Shown: positions 10,668-20,782 of the stretch, one piece after another
Numbering within the stretch: position 1 is the first letter of the stretch
Layout: each line of letters starts with the position of its first letter
DNA from: an uncultured Planctomycetaceae bacterium
GTDB taxonomy: Bacteria > Planctomycetota > Planctomycetia > Planctomycetales > Planctomycetaceae
Direction: 5' to 3'
NCBI GenBank assembly: GCA_964506965.1
Contig: CAZDOF010000001.1
Span: 472 to 38,554, forward strand
DNA length: 38,083 nucleotides
Notes under the pieces: generated by a model
Database searches by the model: none
What the model was told of the DNA's origin: nothing
Seen by the model: the letters and a program-made list of their open reading frames with translations, nothing else
Translations under genes and position numbers: made by a program

Positions 10668-12542
10668 TTAACGCGATCCGGCAGGATCCCGCACGGCGGC
10701 AATCGCCACATCGTCGAGTCCGTAGATCGTGAAAACGCACTCGTCGATCCGACGCTCGATCTCCTCGACAGCGTCCTCTGCTCGCCCGCTGTCGCTCGCC
10801 CTCGTCTCGTCGTCCACCGTCAACAGACTTTCCACGTCGTCGATGATCGACGCGTAGGACTGCCGGTGGAGTGAGAGTCCAAGGTCCGGCCAGAGAATCG
10901 GCAGGGCCCGCAGCGAACGGATCTTGACCTGCGGAAACGCCGCCTGGCCGGATTCCCTGACGGCGACCGTGTAGAGATAGCGGATCAGCCGGGAATTGAG
11001 CAGCCCGACCAGGTAGCGGACATCGACGCCATTGGTCGGCTCGTAGAGAGCCAGCAGCGAGTTGCGGAAATAATCAGCTCCAAGCCGGGGACCGACGATC
11101 GGAAAGCGGGCCGTCTGGCGAATGAGAAACCGGGCTCGCTGGTACGTGGCACGCGGCCGAACCGTGAAGTACTCGCCTTCACCGGCCCGGTAATCCAGGT
11201 GCAGACATTTCGTGGGGGGGCCGCATCGATAACGGTGGACCTGTTTGCCTTCGAGGACCGGGACGGCACCGGCCACATTGGCGTCGGCTGCGGTGATCAG
11301 CCGGCTGGCACAATTTCCCGTGTGGACTCCCGGGTCGGCGACCAGCGACCCCAGGCTCTCGGCCCGGGCACGAAGTGCCGTGATCCAGCCTGGTTCGCTG
11401 ACCGCTGACCAGGTGGCCCGGCCACGTTGATCGCGACGGGCGATCATCGTGACCACCGGCGCAACCGCCTCGGTCCCAAACACGTCTTCACCCCAGTCGG
11501 TCACATCGTGCAGGGACATCTGCGACTGCACGTCGTCACGGAGGTTGGCGTAACCTTCGAGATGAGTGACCTGGGTGGGCAAGACCATCGCGAGCGTGTG
11601 CCGGGACAGGGCCAGGCCACGCCGGACGAACATCCCGTGCAGTGTTTCCCAGGCATCGCCGCCCCATCGCCTGTGATACTCCTGTTTCCGCACCGCATCG
11701 ATCGCAACCACTTGTCGACCCGAGAACGAACCGAAGGGCGGGTTGCCGATGACCACGTCAAACCGGTCGTCCTCGTGGAACAGGTCCAGCAGCCCGTCGC
11801 CGAGGGCCAGGTGAGAGAAAAACGCAGCAGGGGGTACCGCATCGAGTCCACCGGCCAGCCACACCTCGACGCGGGCCAGGTGCACAACGAGCGGATCGAT
11901 GTCGATCCCGAACAGGCACTCGTTGATCACCGCCTGCCGGACCCGGGGATCGGGACCATCGTCTCCTTCAAGTCGCTCCCAGATCCAGCGTGCGGCGGCG
12001 ACCAGAAATCGTCCGTCGCCGCATGCCGGATCCACGATCTTCAGTCGCAGCAACCTCTCCGGCTCATCCGCCCACGGTTGCAGAGCCCCGGCGACCAGCG
12101 TGTCGACAAGTTGCGGTGGCGTGAAGTAGGCCCCCAGGGCCCGTCGCCGTGCGGCCCGGCGGCACAGCACCACCGGCTCCCGGCCATCATCGGCGGGCAG
12201 CTCGATTTCCCCCGGTGACCCGGTCGGCCGACCGACCTCCCACCCCAGCAGGGCCTGGGACAGGTCACCGAGATTCCTGTCCGAAAGGTCGTCATCGCAA
12301 CTCTCGACCAGCCCCGCCGGCAACGCAGCCAGTCCCGCAAGTTCCGGCGACCGCAGATCCGGACACCGGGCGGCCGCGAGAGAGGTGATCAATGCCCGGC
12401 GAATCTCACCGGGGACGGCGACGGCAGCGACCCCCGCATCAACCAGGTGAACGGCCAGCCGTGCCACGGTCCGGGTCAGACCGTCACCACCGGCATCCGC
12501 ATCCGGCACTCGTCGAGGGTGGGGTTCGCTGGCGAGACTCAT
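10668..12542 (-). CDS. Gamma-class N6-adenine DNA methyltransferase (Eco57I/TaqI-like N6_Mtase domain plus TaqI_C-like target-recognition domain), 624 aa.
   Basis: Recognised blocks are GAYFTPPQLVD, motif I IVDPACGDGRFLV, FGIDIDP and motif IV VVIGNPPFGS. TRD-like blocks are ADPGVHTGN, RFLIRQTARFPIVGP, LVGLLNSRLIRYLY and LRALPI. The listed 926-aa ORF runs on antisense through recO. ATG 12542 (MSLASEP) is the first plausible start outside recO. Confidence 0.8.
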   Translation of the reverse strand: MSLASEPHPRRVPDADAGGDGLTRTVARLAVHLVDAGVAAVAVPGEIRRALITSLAAARCPDLRSPELAGLAALPAGLVESCDDDLSDRNLGDLSQALLGWEVGRPTGSPGEIELPADDGREPVVLCRRAARRRALGAYFTPPQLVDTLVAGALQPWADEPERLLRLKIVDPACGDGRFLVAAARWIWERLEGDDGPDPRVRQAVINECLFGIDIDPLVVHLARVEVWLAGGLDAVPPAAFFSHLALGDGLLDLFHEDDRFDVVIGNPPFGSFSGRQVVAIDAVRKQEYHRRWGGDAWETLHGMFVRRGLALSRHTLAMVLPTQVTHLEGYANLRDDVQSQMSLHDVTDWGEDVFGTEAVAPVVTMIARRDQRGRATWSAVSEPGWITALRARAESLGSLVADPGVHTGNCASRLITAADANVAGAVPVLEGKQVHRYRCGPPTKCLHLDYRAGEGEYFTVRPRATYQRARFLIRQTARFPIVGPRLGADYFRNSLLALYEPTNGVDVRYLVGLLNSRLIRYLYTVAVRESGQAAFPQVKIRSLRALPILWPDLGLSLHRQSYASIIDDVESLLTVDDETRASDSGRAEDAVEEIERRIDECVFTIYGLDDVAIAAVRDPAGSR

Positions 12543-12707
12543 CACGCATCCTGCGTTGGCACGTCCGCGGCGGCAGTGTATCACGGATTCCTGCGAAGAT
12601 CTCTTTCTGCCGGGCCGGGCATCGGCTATGGATAAACTGGCGATGAACGCTCCCGGCCGGTGGAACCGGAAAACGGACCGTGGGTGCCGAGTAGCGGAAG
12701 AGGGCTG

Positions 12708-13439
12708 ATGGAAAAGACCGAGGCACTGGTGATCCGGGTCGTGGACTTCAGCGAAACCAGTCACGTGGTGACGCTGTTTTCTCGGGATTTCGGCAAGATC
12801 GCCGGCCTGGCAAAAGGGGGAAGACGGCTGAAGGGACCGTTCGAGGCTGCTCTTGACCTGCTCACGACGTGTCAGATAGTCTTCCTCCGCAAATCCTCGG
12901 CCAGTCTCGATCTCCTCACCGAAGCCAAACTGATTTCCCGGTTCCGGCCCCCCGGCCGCAACCTCCACAGCCTCTACGGCGGCTACTACGTCGCCGAATT
13001 GCTGTCGGGTCTCATCGAAGACTACGATCCGCACCCGGTGCTGTATGACCAGACCGCGCTCACACTCAAACGGCTTGCCACTGACCTCGATGTCCGCCTG
13101 GTGCTGCTGGAATTCGAGATGGCCATGCTGCGAGAGATCGGACAGTTGCCCGTCGTCGATCGCTGTATCAGCTGCAACACACCCGTCGGCGACGATCGCC
13201 ACTTCATCTTCTGGGTCTCCGGGGGAGGCCTGATCTGTTCCCATTGCCAGAAACCGGAGTACGATTCCCCCACGATCACGGCCGAGGCCGCGACACTGTT
13301 GTTGCGGTTTTCTGACCCGAACAGCCCGATCCCCGACGTGCCGATCGAGCGGTTCGCGGAATTGCGGCGCGTCGTCACACCGGCCATCTGTCACGTGTTG
13401 GAGCGTCGACCCAAGATGCTGCGTTACCTTCCCCTCTGA
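12708..13439 (+). CDS. recO: DNA repair protein RecO.
   Basis: It has an OB-fold N-terminus (EALVIRVVDFSETSHVVTLFSRDFGKIAGLAKGGRR). It has a RecO zinc motif (CISC...CSHC). ATG 12708 is preceded by GGAAGAGGG. Confidence 0.85.
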   Translation: MEKTEALVIRVVDFSETSHVVTLFSRDFGKIAGLAKGGRRLKGPFEAALDLLTTCQIVFLRKSSASLDLLTEAKLISRFRPPGRNLHSLYGGYYVAELLSGLIEDYDPHPVLYDQTALTLKRLATDLDVRLVLLEFEMAMLREIGQLPVVDRCISCNTPVGDDRHFIFWVSGGGLICSHCQKPEYDSPTITAEAATLLLRFSDPNSPIPDVPIERFAELRRVVTPAICHVLERRPKMLRYLPL

Positions 13440-13496
13440 GCCCATCACCTCGCCGGCTTTCCCGCACCGGCCCCCAAAGACTTTCCTTTGTCAGGG

Positions 13497-14864
13497 ATGA
13501 CCATGGAATCCAAGGTCGGACGCACTGCGACGCTGCTGGCCGTCTGCCTGCTGGGATGTGCTCCGGGTTGCCGCTCGCTGAATGTCGGCGGTCTCGACCT
13601 CGTCACCTCCCCCCTCAACCGCTCGCTCGCGGCAATGAAAGCCTCGCTGTCGACCGACACCAGCCAGCACCCCGAGGCCGATTCGGGACCGTCGGCCGCC
13701 GAGTTGTCTCGTTACGAACAGGCCACCCGGCTCACCGAGCAGGGCAAGCATGCCGAGGCCGAAGCCCTGCTGGTCGATCTGAAGAACCAGGGCTACGCCC
13801 GTTTCCTCGACTTCTCCGGTCGCCGACGCAAGTCCTTCAACCGCAAGATCGACAAGGACCCCCGTCTGGGCGACACTCTGAACCCGCATCTGCTGGATCC
13901 CGGCGCCGGACTCAGGGAGGACTCGCTGTTCCTGCTTGCCGAAAACCAGTTCCAACTGAAGAAATACGCATCGGCCCAGGACAACTACACCGCGTTGATG
14001 ACCGAGTTCCCTTCGACACGGCACATCGATCGCACAACCGAACGGCTCTTCGAAATCGGCCGCTACTGGCTCGACACACAGCATTTCCAGGCGGCCAGCG
14101 CGATCCGACCTGCCAGCGCCAGCATACCGGCGGCCGGCTTCGACCCTTCCACCACGTCGGGCTGGCTGACGACCATGCCGATCCTGCCCAACTTCACCGA
14201 TTCGACCCGGCCCCTCTTCGATACCAGGGGACGCGCCCTGCAGGCGTTGAAGTCGATCTGGCTGAACGACCCCACCGGGCACCTGGCCGACGACGCGTTG
14301 ATGCTCAGTGCCGCAATCCACCTTGAACAAAGGAATCGCCGCGAGGCCGACCGCATCCTGACCAACCTCCGCAAGCTCTACCCCGACAGTCCCTACCTGG
14401 AGCCCGCCTTCCTGCTGGGATCGCATGTCCGGTTGCTCTCCTACCAGGGTTCGGATTATGACCAGACCCCGCTGGAAGAATCGGCACAACTGAAACGCAG
14501 CACGCTCGGGCTGTACCCCAACATCAAAGAGAAGTCCCGACTGCAGGCAGAACTCAAGGACATCGAACGGGCCCGGGCGGATCGGGAATGGCAGCGCGTC
14601 GAATTCTACCGCAAGAAGAACCTGCCCAACGCCATGGCCATCCATCTCACCCAGATCCTCGCCCGCTTCCCCGAGACCGGACACGCCGAACGGGCCAGGG
14701 CGATGCTTAGGCAACTCGGCCCCGACTACGCCAGTGGCAAGTGGTTGGCCCGCGAGGTGCAATCGGTCGGCAACCCCCTGACCAAACCGATTTCCATCAA
14801 TCCCCTTCCCGACTCCCTCGACGAGCCGGTGGATGTTGAAGCCCCTTTCCCGCCGCGGGGTTGA
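13497..14864 (+). CDS. TPR-containing lipoprotein, BamD/YfiO-like.
   Basis: It has a lipobox-like signal (LLAVCLLGCAPGC). TPR-like helical repeats are visible: AEALLVDL, EDSLFLLAENQFQLKKYASAQDNYTALMTEFPST, DDALMLSAAIHLEQRNRREADRILTNLRKLYPDSPY. The start could be ATG 13497, ATG 13503 or the listed TTG 13488. Confidence 0.5.
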   Translation: MTMESKVGRTATLLAVCLLGCAPGCRSLNVGGLDLVTSPLNRSLAAMKASLSTDTSQHPEADSGPSAAELSRYEQATRLTEQGKHAEAEALLVDLKNQGYARFLDFSGRRRKSFNRKIDKDPRLGDTLNPHLLDPGAGLREDSLFLLAENQFQLKKYASAQDNYTALMTEFPSTRHIDRTTERLFEIGRYWLDTQHFQAASAIRPASASIPAAGFDPSTTSGWLTTMPILPNFTDSTRPLFDTRGRALQALKSIWLNDPTGHLADDALMLSAAIHLEQRNRREADRILTNLRKLYPDSPYLEPAFLLGSHVRLLSYQGSDYDQTPLEESAQLKRSTLGLYPNIKEKSRLQAELKDIERARADREWQRVEFYRKKNLPNAMAIHLTQILARFPETGHAERARAMLRQLGPDYASGKWLAREVQSVGNPLTKPISINPLPDSLDEPVDVEAPFPPRG

Positions 14865-14919
14865 CCCGAAGCCACCGCCGGCAACTTCCACCTTCACGCG
14901 TCCTGGACGCACGAATCGC

Positions 14920-15465
14920 ATGCCCACCCCGGACGAAACGAAGCGAACACCCGCGGCCAGGCCGATCGTTGTACTCACGGTGCTGGCGATGGCGATCTCG
15001 GGTTGCGGTTACCTGGTCGGACCGGCCCACCGCCAGCAGGTCCGGACGATCTCGGTTCCGGTGTTCTCCTGCGAGGACGACCGCCGGGGCCTGGGACTGC
15101 AGTTGACCCGCGCGGTCCACAAGGAAATCCAGCGGCGGTTGCCCTACCGCATCGTGACCGGGCCAGGTGCCGACTCGAGGCTCACCGGCCGGGTCCTGGC
15201 GGCCTACAAGGATGTGCTCGGCGAAACCGCCAACGACGATCCCCGCGCGCTGCAGTTGCAACTGGTTACCGAAGTGACCTGGACCGATCTGCGGACGCAG
15301 CAGGTCCTTGCTCACCAGAAGGTCGCCGACGACAGCCCTTCGGTCACGTTGTCGACGCACGCCGAACTCGTTCCCGAAACCGGTCAGTCGATGGCCACCG
15401 CCTCGCAACAGGTCATCGACCGGATGGCCCGGCAGATTGTCGACCTGCTGGAAGCTCCCTGGTAG
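14920..15465 (+). CDS. LptE-like LPS-assembly lipoprotein (putative).
   Basis: It has a lipobox (LAMAISGCGY). The typical LptE start (RTISVPVF) and overall pattern follow (GLGLQLTRAVHKEI, SRLTGRVL). ATG 14920 lies inside the listed ORF 14833. Confidence 0.45.
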   Translation: MPTPDETKRTPAARPIVVLTVLAMAISGCGYLVGPAHRQQVRTISVPVFSCEDDRRGLGLQLTRAVHKEIQRRLPYRIVTGPGADSRLTGRVLAAYKDVLGETANDDPRALQLQLVTEVTWTDLRTQQVLAHQKVADDSPSVTLSTHAELVPETGQSMATASQQVIDRMARQIVDLLEAPW

Positions 15466-15483
15466 ACATTCCACGGACGACCG

Positions 15484-16932
15484 GTGACCACGCCTCCCAA
15501 TATTCTCTGGTACTGCACCGACCAGCAGCGATTCGACACGATCGCGGCACTCGGGAACCCCCACGTCAGAACACCGACGATCGATGCGCTCATCGCCGAG
15601 GGCACGACGTTGACCCACTGCTATTGCCAGAGCCCCATTTGCACACCAAGCCGGGCCAGTTTCCTGACGGGGCTGTATCCGGGTCGAGCCCGGAACTGCC
15701 GCAACGGCAACAAGAACTACCCGAACCACCCCAAGCTCGTCTCGAAGCGACTGGCCGACGCCGGTTACGACTGCGGACTGATCGGGAAGTTCCACCTGCA
15801 GAGTGCCGGCCGTCGCACCGAACCCCGGCTCGACGATGGCTACCGCTACTGGAAGTTCAGCCACGCTCCGCGTGATGACTGGCCCGACGGTCACGATTAT
15901 GCCGAGTGGGTTCGTTCCCGCGGGGGTGATCTCGATGAACTGCGCAATCGCGACGACCATGTCCCTCCGGATCTGCACCAGACGGCCTGGGCGACGGAGC
16001 GGGCGATGGAATTCATCAGCCAGGATCGCTCGTCACCATGGATGCTCAGCGTCAACATCTACGATCCGCACCCGCCATTCATCCCGCCCCGGGCCTATGC
16101 CGACCAGTTTCCGGCCGACACGATGCCGGGGCCACACTTCCAGGAAAGTGACCTGGCAACCCAGGCCTCGTTGGCCGAAATCGACTTTCAGACCCTGGCC
16201 GCCCATCCCGACACCTTTGACGGCCAGGGGATCCAGGCCCTGTACTACGCGATGATCGCCCAGGTCGATGATCAACTGGCCCGACTGCTGAATTGCCTGG
16301 ACACGACGGGACAGCGAGACAACACGCTGGTCATTTTCACCAGCGACCACGGCGAATCGCTGGGTGACCATGGGCTGCTGTTCAAGGGCTGCCGCTTCTA
16401 CGAGGGCCTGGTCCGCGTTCCGCTGATTTTCCGTTGGCCCGGGCATGTCCAGGCCGACCAGGTCAGTGACGCGCTGGTCGAACTGATCGACAAGTCCTCG
16501 ACAATCGTCGATGTCGCCGGTGCCTCGGGCCTCGACGAGATGCAGGGACGAAGCCTCTGGCCAATACTGTCCGGTCAGGCCCCTCCCGATCACCACCGGG
16601 ACTTTGTTCGCAGCGAATACTACGACGCACTCGATGCGGCCTTCATCGGCACCGGCTCGCCCGACACGCCGGCCGGTGGCGACGAAACCGGCGGCGACCC
16701 CGTCCCGGGGACCTTCGGGACCATGTACCGTGACCATCGCCACAAACTCTCGGTCTACCACGGGCACGTGATCGGCGAGTTGTACGACCTGGCCAAGGAT
16801 CCGTGGGAATTCAACAACCTCTGGGACGATCCCGGCAGCAGCACGATCAAGTCCGACCTGCTCAAAGCCAGTTTCGACGCCACGGTCCTCACCGGTGTCG
16901 ATGTCGGCACCCGGCGAATCGCACCCATGTGA
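15484..16932 (+). CDS. Cys-type sulfatase (arylsulfatase family), no obvious signal peptide.
   Basis: Recognised blocks are NILWYCTDQQR, the formylglycine motif CTPSRASFLTG, FTSDHGE and GKFH. It uses a GTG start at 15484. Confidence 0.85.
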   Translation: MTTPPNILWYCTDQQRFDTIAALGNPHVRTPTIDALIAEGTTLTHCYCQSPICTPSRASFLTGLYPGRARNCRNGNKNYPNHPKLVSKRLADAGYDCGLIGKFHLQSAGRRTEPRLDDGYRYWKFSHAPRDDWPDGHDYAEWVRSRGGDLDELRNRDDHVPPDLHQTAWATERAMEFISQDRSSPWMLSVNIYDPHPPFIPPRAYADQFPADTMPGPHFQESDLATQASLAEIDFQTLAAHPDTFDGQGIQALYYAMIAQVDDQLARLLNCLDTTGQRDNTLVIFTSDHGESLGDHGLLFKGCRFYEGLVRVPLIFRWPGHVQADQVSDALVELIDKSSTIVDVAGASGLDEMQGRSLWPILSGQAPPDHHRDFVRSEYYDALDAAFIGTGSPDTPAGGDETGGDPVPGTFGTMYRDHRHKLSVYHGHVIGELYDLAKDPWEFNNLWDDPGSSTIKSDLLKASFDATVLTGVDVGTRRIAPM

Positions 16933-16950
16933 TCCCGGGAAACCGGCCTT

Positions 16951-17904
16951 TCAGGGACCCTCTTCGAAAAGCACGTCGACGAACCAGTTCGAATCGAACG
17001 GCTCGAGGTCGTCGATCCCCTCGCCCACACCCACGTACTTGACCGGCAGGTTCATCTGCTGGCGGATCGGGACGACGATACCCCCGCGGGCGGTTCCGTC
17101 GAGCTTGGCCAGGACGATCCCCGTGCACTCGACAACCTCGGAAAAGTTCTTCGCCTGGCTGATGCCATTTTGCCCGGTTGTCGCGTCGAGAACCAACAGG
17201 CTCTCGTGAGGTGCTCCCGGCACCTTGTCGGCGATCACGCGATGGATCTTCTGCAGTTCCCGCATCAGGTTCTGATCGGTCTGCAAGCGTCCCGCGGTGT
17301 CGATGATCACGCAATCCACCCCCGCCTCGAGTGCACGATCACACCCGGCGTAGGCCACGCTGGCCGGATCGGTGCCGGAGGGGCGGGTCACGATCTCGCA
17401 CCCCAACCGCTGGCTCCACATCGTCAATTGCTCGACCGCCGCCGCGCGAAACGTGTCACCGGCGACCAGGATCAGGCTGCGCCCCGAAGAGATCAGCAGT
17501 CGTGCGAGCTTGGCGATCGACGTGGTCTTTCCCACGCCGTTGACTCCGGCAACGAGAATCACGGTGAGTCCCGAGGAGGCGAGCTTCAACGGTGAGAGAG
17601 GATCATTGACGTCCCAGTGGACGTTCTCGTCATCCTCACCGCCAAGCTGGTTCTTGAGCGTATCCTTGGCGGTCTCAAAGACCGTCTCGACATCGATCGT
17701 CCGGCCACCGTGTTCCTCGCGGAGCTTCTCGATGATCGCCGTCGTGGCCATGACCCCCATGTCGGTTTTCAGCAGCCGGCCTTCGAGTTGCCGCAGTTGA
17801 TCCTCATCGAGGATTCGACCTTCCTGAAAGAGATCACGGACATCGGTCCGCAACACGTCCTTGGTCTTCTGCAGTCCCTGCTTGAGACGATCGAAGAGTC
17901 CCAT
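16951..17904 (-). CDS. ftsY: Signal recognition particle receptor FtsY.
   Basis: It has an NG domain. G1 is VAGVNGVGKTTSIAKLA. GDTFRAAAVEQL follows. G3 is IIDTAGRLQT. G4 is LAKLDGTARGG. Confidence 0.92.
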   Translation of the reverse strand: MGLFDRLKQGLQKTKDVLRTDVRDLFQEGRILDEDQLRQLEGRLLKTDMGVMATTAIIEKLREEHGGRTIDVETVFETAKDTLKNQLGGEDDENVHWDVNDPLSPLKLASSGLTVILVAGVNGVGKTTSIAKLARLLISSGRSLILVAGDTFRAAAVEQLTMWSQRLGCEIVTRPSGTDPASVAYAGCDRALEAGVDCVIIDTAGRLQTDQNLMRELQKIHRVIADKVPGAPHESLLVLDATTGQNGISQAKNFSEVVECTGIVLAKLDGTARGGIVVPIRQQMNLPVKYVGVGEGIDDLEPFDSNWFVDVLFEEGP

Positions 17905-17955
17905 CGTTTCGTCGCGCTCCGTTGCGTGTCTCGGTGATCTCGGCCGTCGCCCGGC

Positions 17956-19440
17956 CTAGCCAATCAGATCGGCAAATCGCCCACGGGCGTCGTCCCAGGC
18001 AGACGTCGCCGTCGGGGTGTAGGTTTCAGGTTGCGTCGAATTCGCCACGACCTCGCGGATGTCGGCCAACGATGCCAGTTCACCGGCCGAACGGGCCTGC
18101 ACCAGCACGTTACCCAGCGCGGTGGCCTCGACCGGCCCGGCGACCACCATGCGACCACAGGCGTCAGCAGTCAGTTGATTCAACAGGCGGTTCTGGCAAC
18201 CGCCACCGACAACGTGGATCACCTGGCTGGCAACGCCGGACAGGGACTCGATACCTTCGAGGACCAGGCGATATTTCAGTGCCAGGCTCTCCAGGGCACA
18301 TCGCACCAGAGCCCCATCGCTGTCGGGTTCGGGCTGATCACTCTCCCGGCACGCCTCGCGGATCGCCGTCGGCATGCACGCGGGGCTCAGGAACCGCGGG
18401 TCATCGGGGTCGATCAGCGACACGAAGGCTGGTGCCGTTTCGGCCTGTCGTGTCAGCGCGTCGTAATCCCCGTCGCGGCCGTCACGCACAAACGCCCGGC
18501 GACACTCCTGCACGAGCCACAGGCCCATGATGTTCTTCAACAACCGAAACGTTCCGTCGATTCCACCCTCGTTGGTCGCGTTCAACGCCAGGGTCTCGGG
18601 CCCCGTCACCGCGTCGGACACCTCGGCCCCCATCAGTGACCACGTCCCGGAACTGATATAGGTCCAGTCCGCATGACCGGTCCGGCTTGTCGGAACCGCC
18701 GCCACCGCTGATCCGGTGTCATGGGTCGCCGGGGCGATCACGTCAATCCGCTCGAGTCCCGCCGCGCGGGCCACGTCCTCCCTGAGCCGACCCAGCGTGG
18801 TACCCGGTGCCACGACCTCGGGAAAAATCTCCCCGGGCAATCCCAACCGGCCCAGCAGGTCCGTCGCCCAACCGTTGCGGACCGGATCAAAGCACTGGGT
18901 CGTCGTCGCGTTGGTGAACTCGACCACGCGACTGCCGCACAACAGCCAGTGAAAATAGTCGGGCATCAGCAGCAGCCGCGCCGCCTGGTCGAGCAGTTGA
19001 GGATCGCTCTGACGCATGGCCAACAACTGGTAGAGCGTGTTCAACTCCATGAACTGCAGCCCGGTCGCCGCGAAGATCTCCTCGCGGGGTACACGGTCAA
19101 AGGCCAGGTCGAGCATGCCGCTGGTACGACTGTCGCGATAGTGCCAGGGCAGGCCGAGCAGTTCATCGCGGGCCGAGAGCAACACGTAATCGACGCCCCA
19201 CGTATCAACCCCCACGCTGCGGATCGACTCCCCGTAAGCCGACGCCGCCCGGGCCAGTCCCTCCCGGATACCACGCCACAGGCCCAGCACGCTCCAACGC
19301 AGCGCGTCGGCAACCGGAACCGGCCCGTTGGAAAAGCGATGCTGCTCCTCGAGTCGTACCGTCCGTCCGTCGAAGAGCCCGGCCACCACGCGGCCACTTT
19401 CCGCTCCAAGATCGACACCAAGAAAACACCGCTCGGCCAT
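17956..19440 (-). CDS. rhaB: Rhamnulokinase (FGGY carbohydrate kinase).
   Basis: Many blocks match E. coli RhaB: [91 protein letters not shown] and AGPVEA.ALGN. ATG 19440 is preceded by GGGGA; ATG 19449 is an alternative. The listed start 19584 overlaps hflX. Confidence 0.88.
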   Translation of the reverse strand: MAERCFLGVDLGAESGRVVAGLFDGRTVRLEEQHRFSNGPVPVADALRWSVLGLWRGIREGLARAASAYGESIRSVGVDTWGVDYVLLSARDELLGLPWHYRDSRTSGMLDLAFDRVPREEIFAATGLQFMELNTLYQLLAMRQSDPQLLDQAARLLLMPDYFHWLLCGSRVVEFTNATTTQCFDPVRNGWATDLLGRLGLPGEIFPEVVAPGTTLGRLREDVARAAGLERIDVIAPATHDTGSAVAAVPTSRTGHADWTYISSGTWSLMGAEVSDAVTGPETLALNATNEGGIDGTFRLLKNIMGLWLVQECRRAFVRDGRDGDYDALTRQAETAPAFVSLIDPDDPRFLSPACMPTAIREACRESDQPEPDSDGALVRCALESLALKYRLVLEGIESLSGVASQVIHVVGGGCQNRLLNQLTADACGRMVVAGPVEATALGNVLVQARSAGELASLADIREVVANSTQPETYTPTATSAWDDARGRFADLIG

Positions 19441-19486
19441 GGTCCCCATGATAGTTGCTGCCCACCACGAAAAAAACGCGGTGGGA

Positions 19487-20782
19487 TCAGGACAACGACC
19501 GGACGGTGACCGTCGTGCCACCGGCCTCGATCTGCTCGGCAAATCGTCTCGGGATCCGATAAACCACTCGCATCCGCTGCTCACCGTATTCGCTGTCGGT
19601 CAGCGTGCCATGTTCGTTGAGGAACGCCAACAGGCGACCGTTGCCGATGTCGGTCTCGATCTCCGCCTCGACCTCCCCCTCACCCAGCATGTCGCTGACC
19701 TTCATCGAGAGCCGGTCGATTCCGAAACCGGTGGAGGCACTGACCGTCACACAATGATCGGTCTGGGCGCGAAGGATGTCGATATCGGTTCGATCTTCGA
19801 CGGTATCGACCTTGTTGAGTACCAGGATCTGCTCGAGCCCGTCGGCACCGATGTCCGCGAGCACCCCATTGACCGTGGCGATCTGCTCCTCAACACGGGG
19901 ATGCCCGGCGTCGGCAACGTGCAGCAACAAGTCGGCGTTGCGAGTCTCTTCCAGGGTCGAGCGAAAGGAGGCCACCAGGTGATGCGGCAGGTTGCGAACA
20001 AAGCCGACCGTGTCGCTGAGCAGCACCTCGCCCCAGCCGGAGATCTCCCAGCGACGAGTCCTCGTGTCGAGCGTCGCGAAGAGCTTGTCGGCCACCAGCA
20101 CGTCCGCACCACACAACGCACGCATCAACGTGCTCTTGCCAGCGTTGGTGTACCCGACCAGTGACACCGTCATGTGGTTGGCGCGGCGGGCCACCTCGCG
20201 ACGACGACGGCTTTCGACGTTCTTCAACCGACGACGCAACTCGGCAACCCGCTTGTCGATCAATCGACGGTCCGTCTCGATCTGCCGTTCGCCGGGACCG
20301 CGACCGGTGCCGATCCCTCCCTCGATCCGCTCAAGGTGAGTCCACAATTTCTTCAACCTGGGACGGAAGTAAAGCAACTGAGCCAACTCGACCTGCAATT
20401 TCGCCTCGTAGGTCTGAGCCCTCGTGGCAAAAATGTCCAGAATCACCTCGCTGCGATCGACGATGATCGTCTGCAACGCCTCCTCGAGATTGCGACTCTG
20501 TGCCGGCGTCAGGTTGTTGTCGAAGACGACCAGTTGCGCCTCGTGCACCTCGACCAGGTGTTGAAGTTCTTCCAGCTTGCCGCTGCCAACGCATGTGGCC
20601 GGATGAGGACGCGGCCGAACCTGGACCACCTCTTCGACAATCCGCACCCCCGCGGTCGTCGCCAACCCGCGAATCTCTTCCAACGCCGTCTCGCGTTCGC
20701 CACGCTGGGACTGGTCAAGCACACGGACCAGGATGCCCCGCTTTTTCTCGACCTTGAGTTCTTCGCGCTTCGGTTCAGCCAA
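19487..20782 (-). CDS. hflX: Ribosome-associated GTPase HflX.
   Basis: It has the HflX N-terminal domain. G1 is [25 protein letters not shown] follows. G3 is [25 protein letters not shown]4 is LNKVD. Confidence 0.92.
   Translation of the reverse strand: MAEPKREELKVEKKRGILVRVLDQSQRGERETALEEIRGLATTAGVRIVEEVVQVRPRPHPATCVGSGKLEELQHLVEVHEAQLVVFDNNLTPAQSRNLEEALQTIIVDRSEVILDIFATRAQTYEAKLQVELAQLLYFRPRLKKLWTHLERIEGGIGTGRGPGERQIETDRRLIDKRVAELRRRLKNVESRRRREVARRANHMTVSLVGYTNAGKSTLMRALCGADVLVADKLFATLDTRTRRWEISGWGEVLLSDTVGFVRNLPHHLVASFRSTLEETRNADLLLHVADAGHPRVEEQIATVNGVLADIGADGLEQILVLNKVDTVEDRTDIDILRAQTDHCVTVSASTGFGIDRLSMKVSDMLGEGEVEAEIETDIGNGRLLAFLNEHGTLTDSEYGEQRMRVVYRIPRRFAEQIEAGGTTVTVRSLS

Noticed and set aside
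10668-12542. The methyltransferase as part of a Type IIG/BREX/R-M defence island.
   Set aside because: The protein has no nuclease-sized extension. No PglZ, BrxC, helicase or REase genes are adjacent, and there are no mobile-element hallmarks. It is reported as an orphan MTase instead.
12543-13448. The N-terminal 302 aa of the 926-aa minus-strand ORF, which would make a giant methyltransferase fusion.
   Set aside because: This part runs antisense through a clearly recognisable recO gene and has no motifs. Methyltransferase homology starts well after ATG 12542.
13491-15978. Long minus-strand ORFs 13491..14978 (495 aa) and 14797..15978 (393 aa).
   Set aside because: They lie antisense to the BamD-like, LptE-like and sulfatase genes. 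Their composition is low-complexity and G/R/V/P-rich, with no domain signatures.
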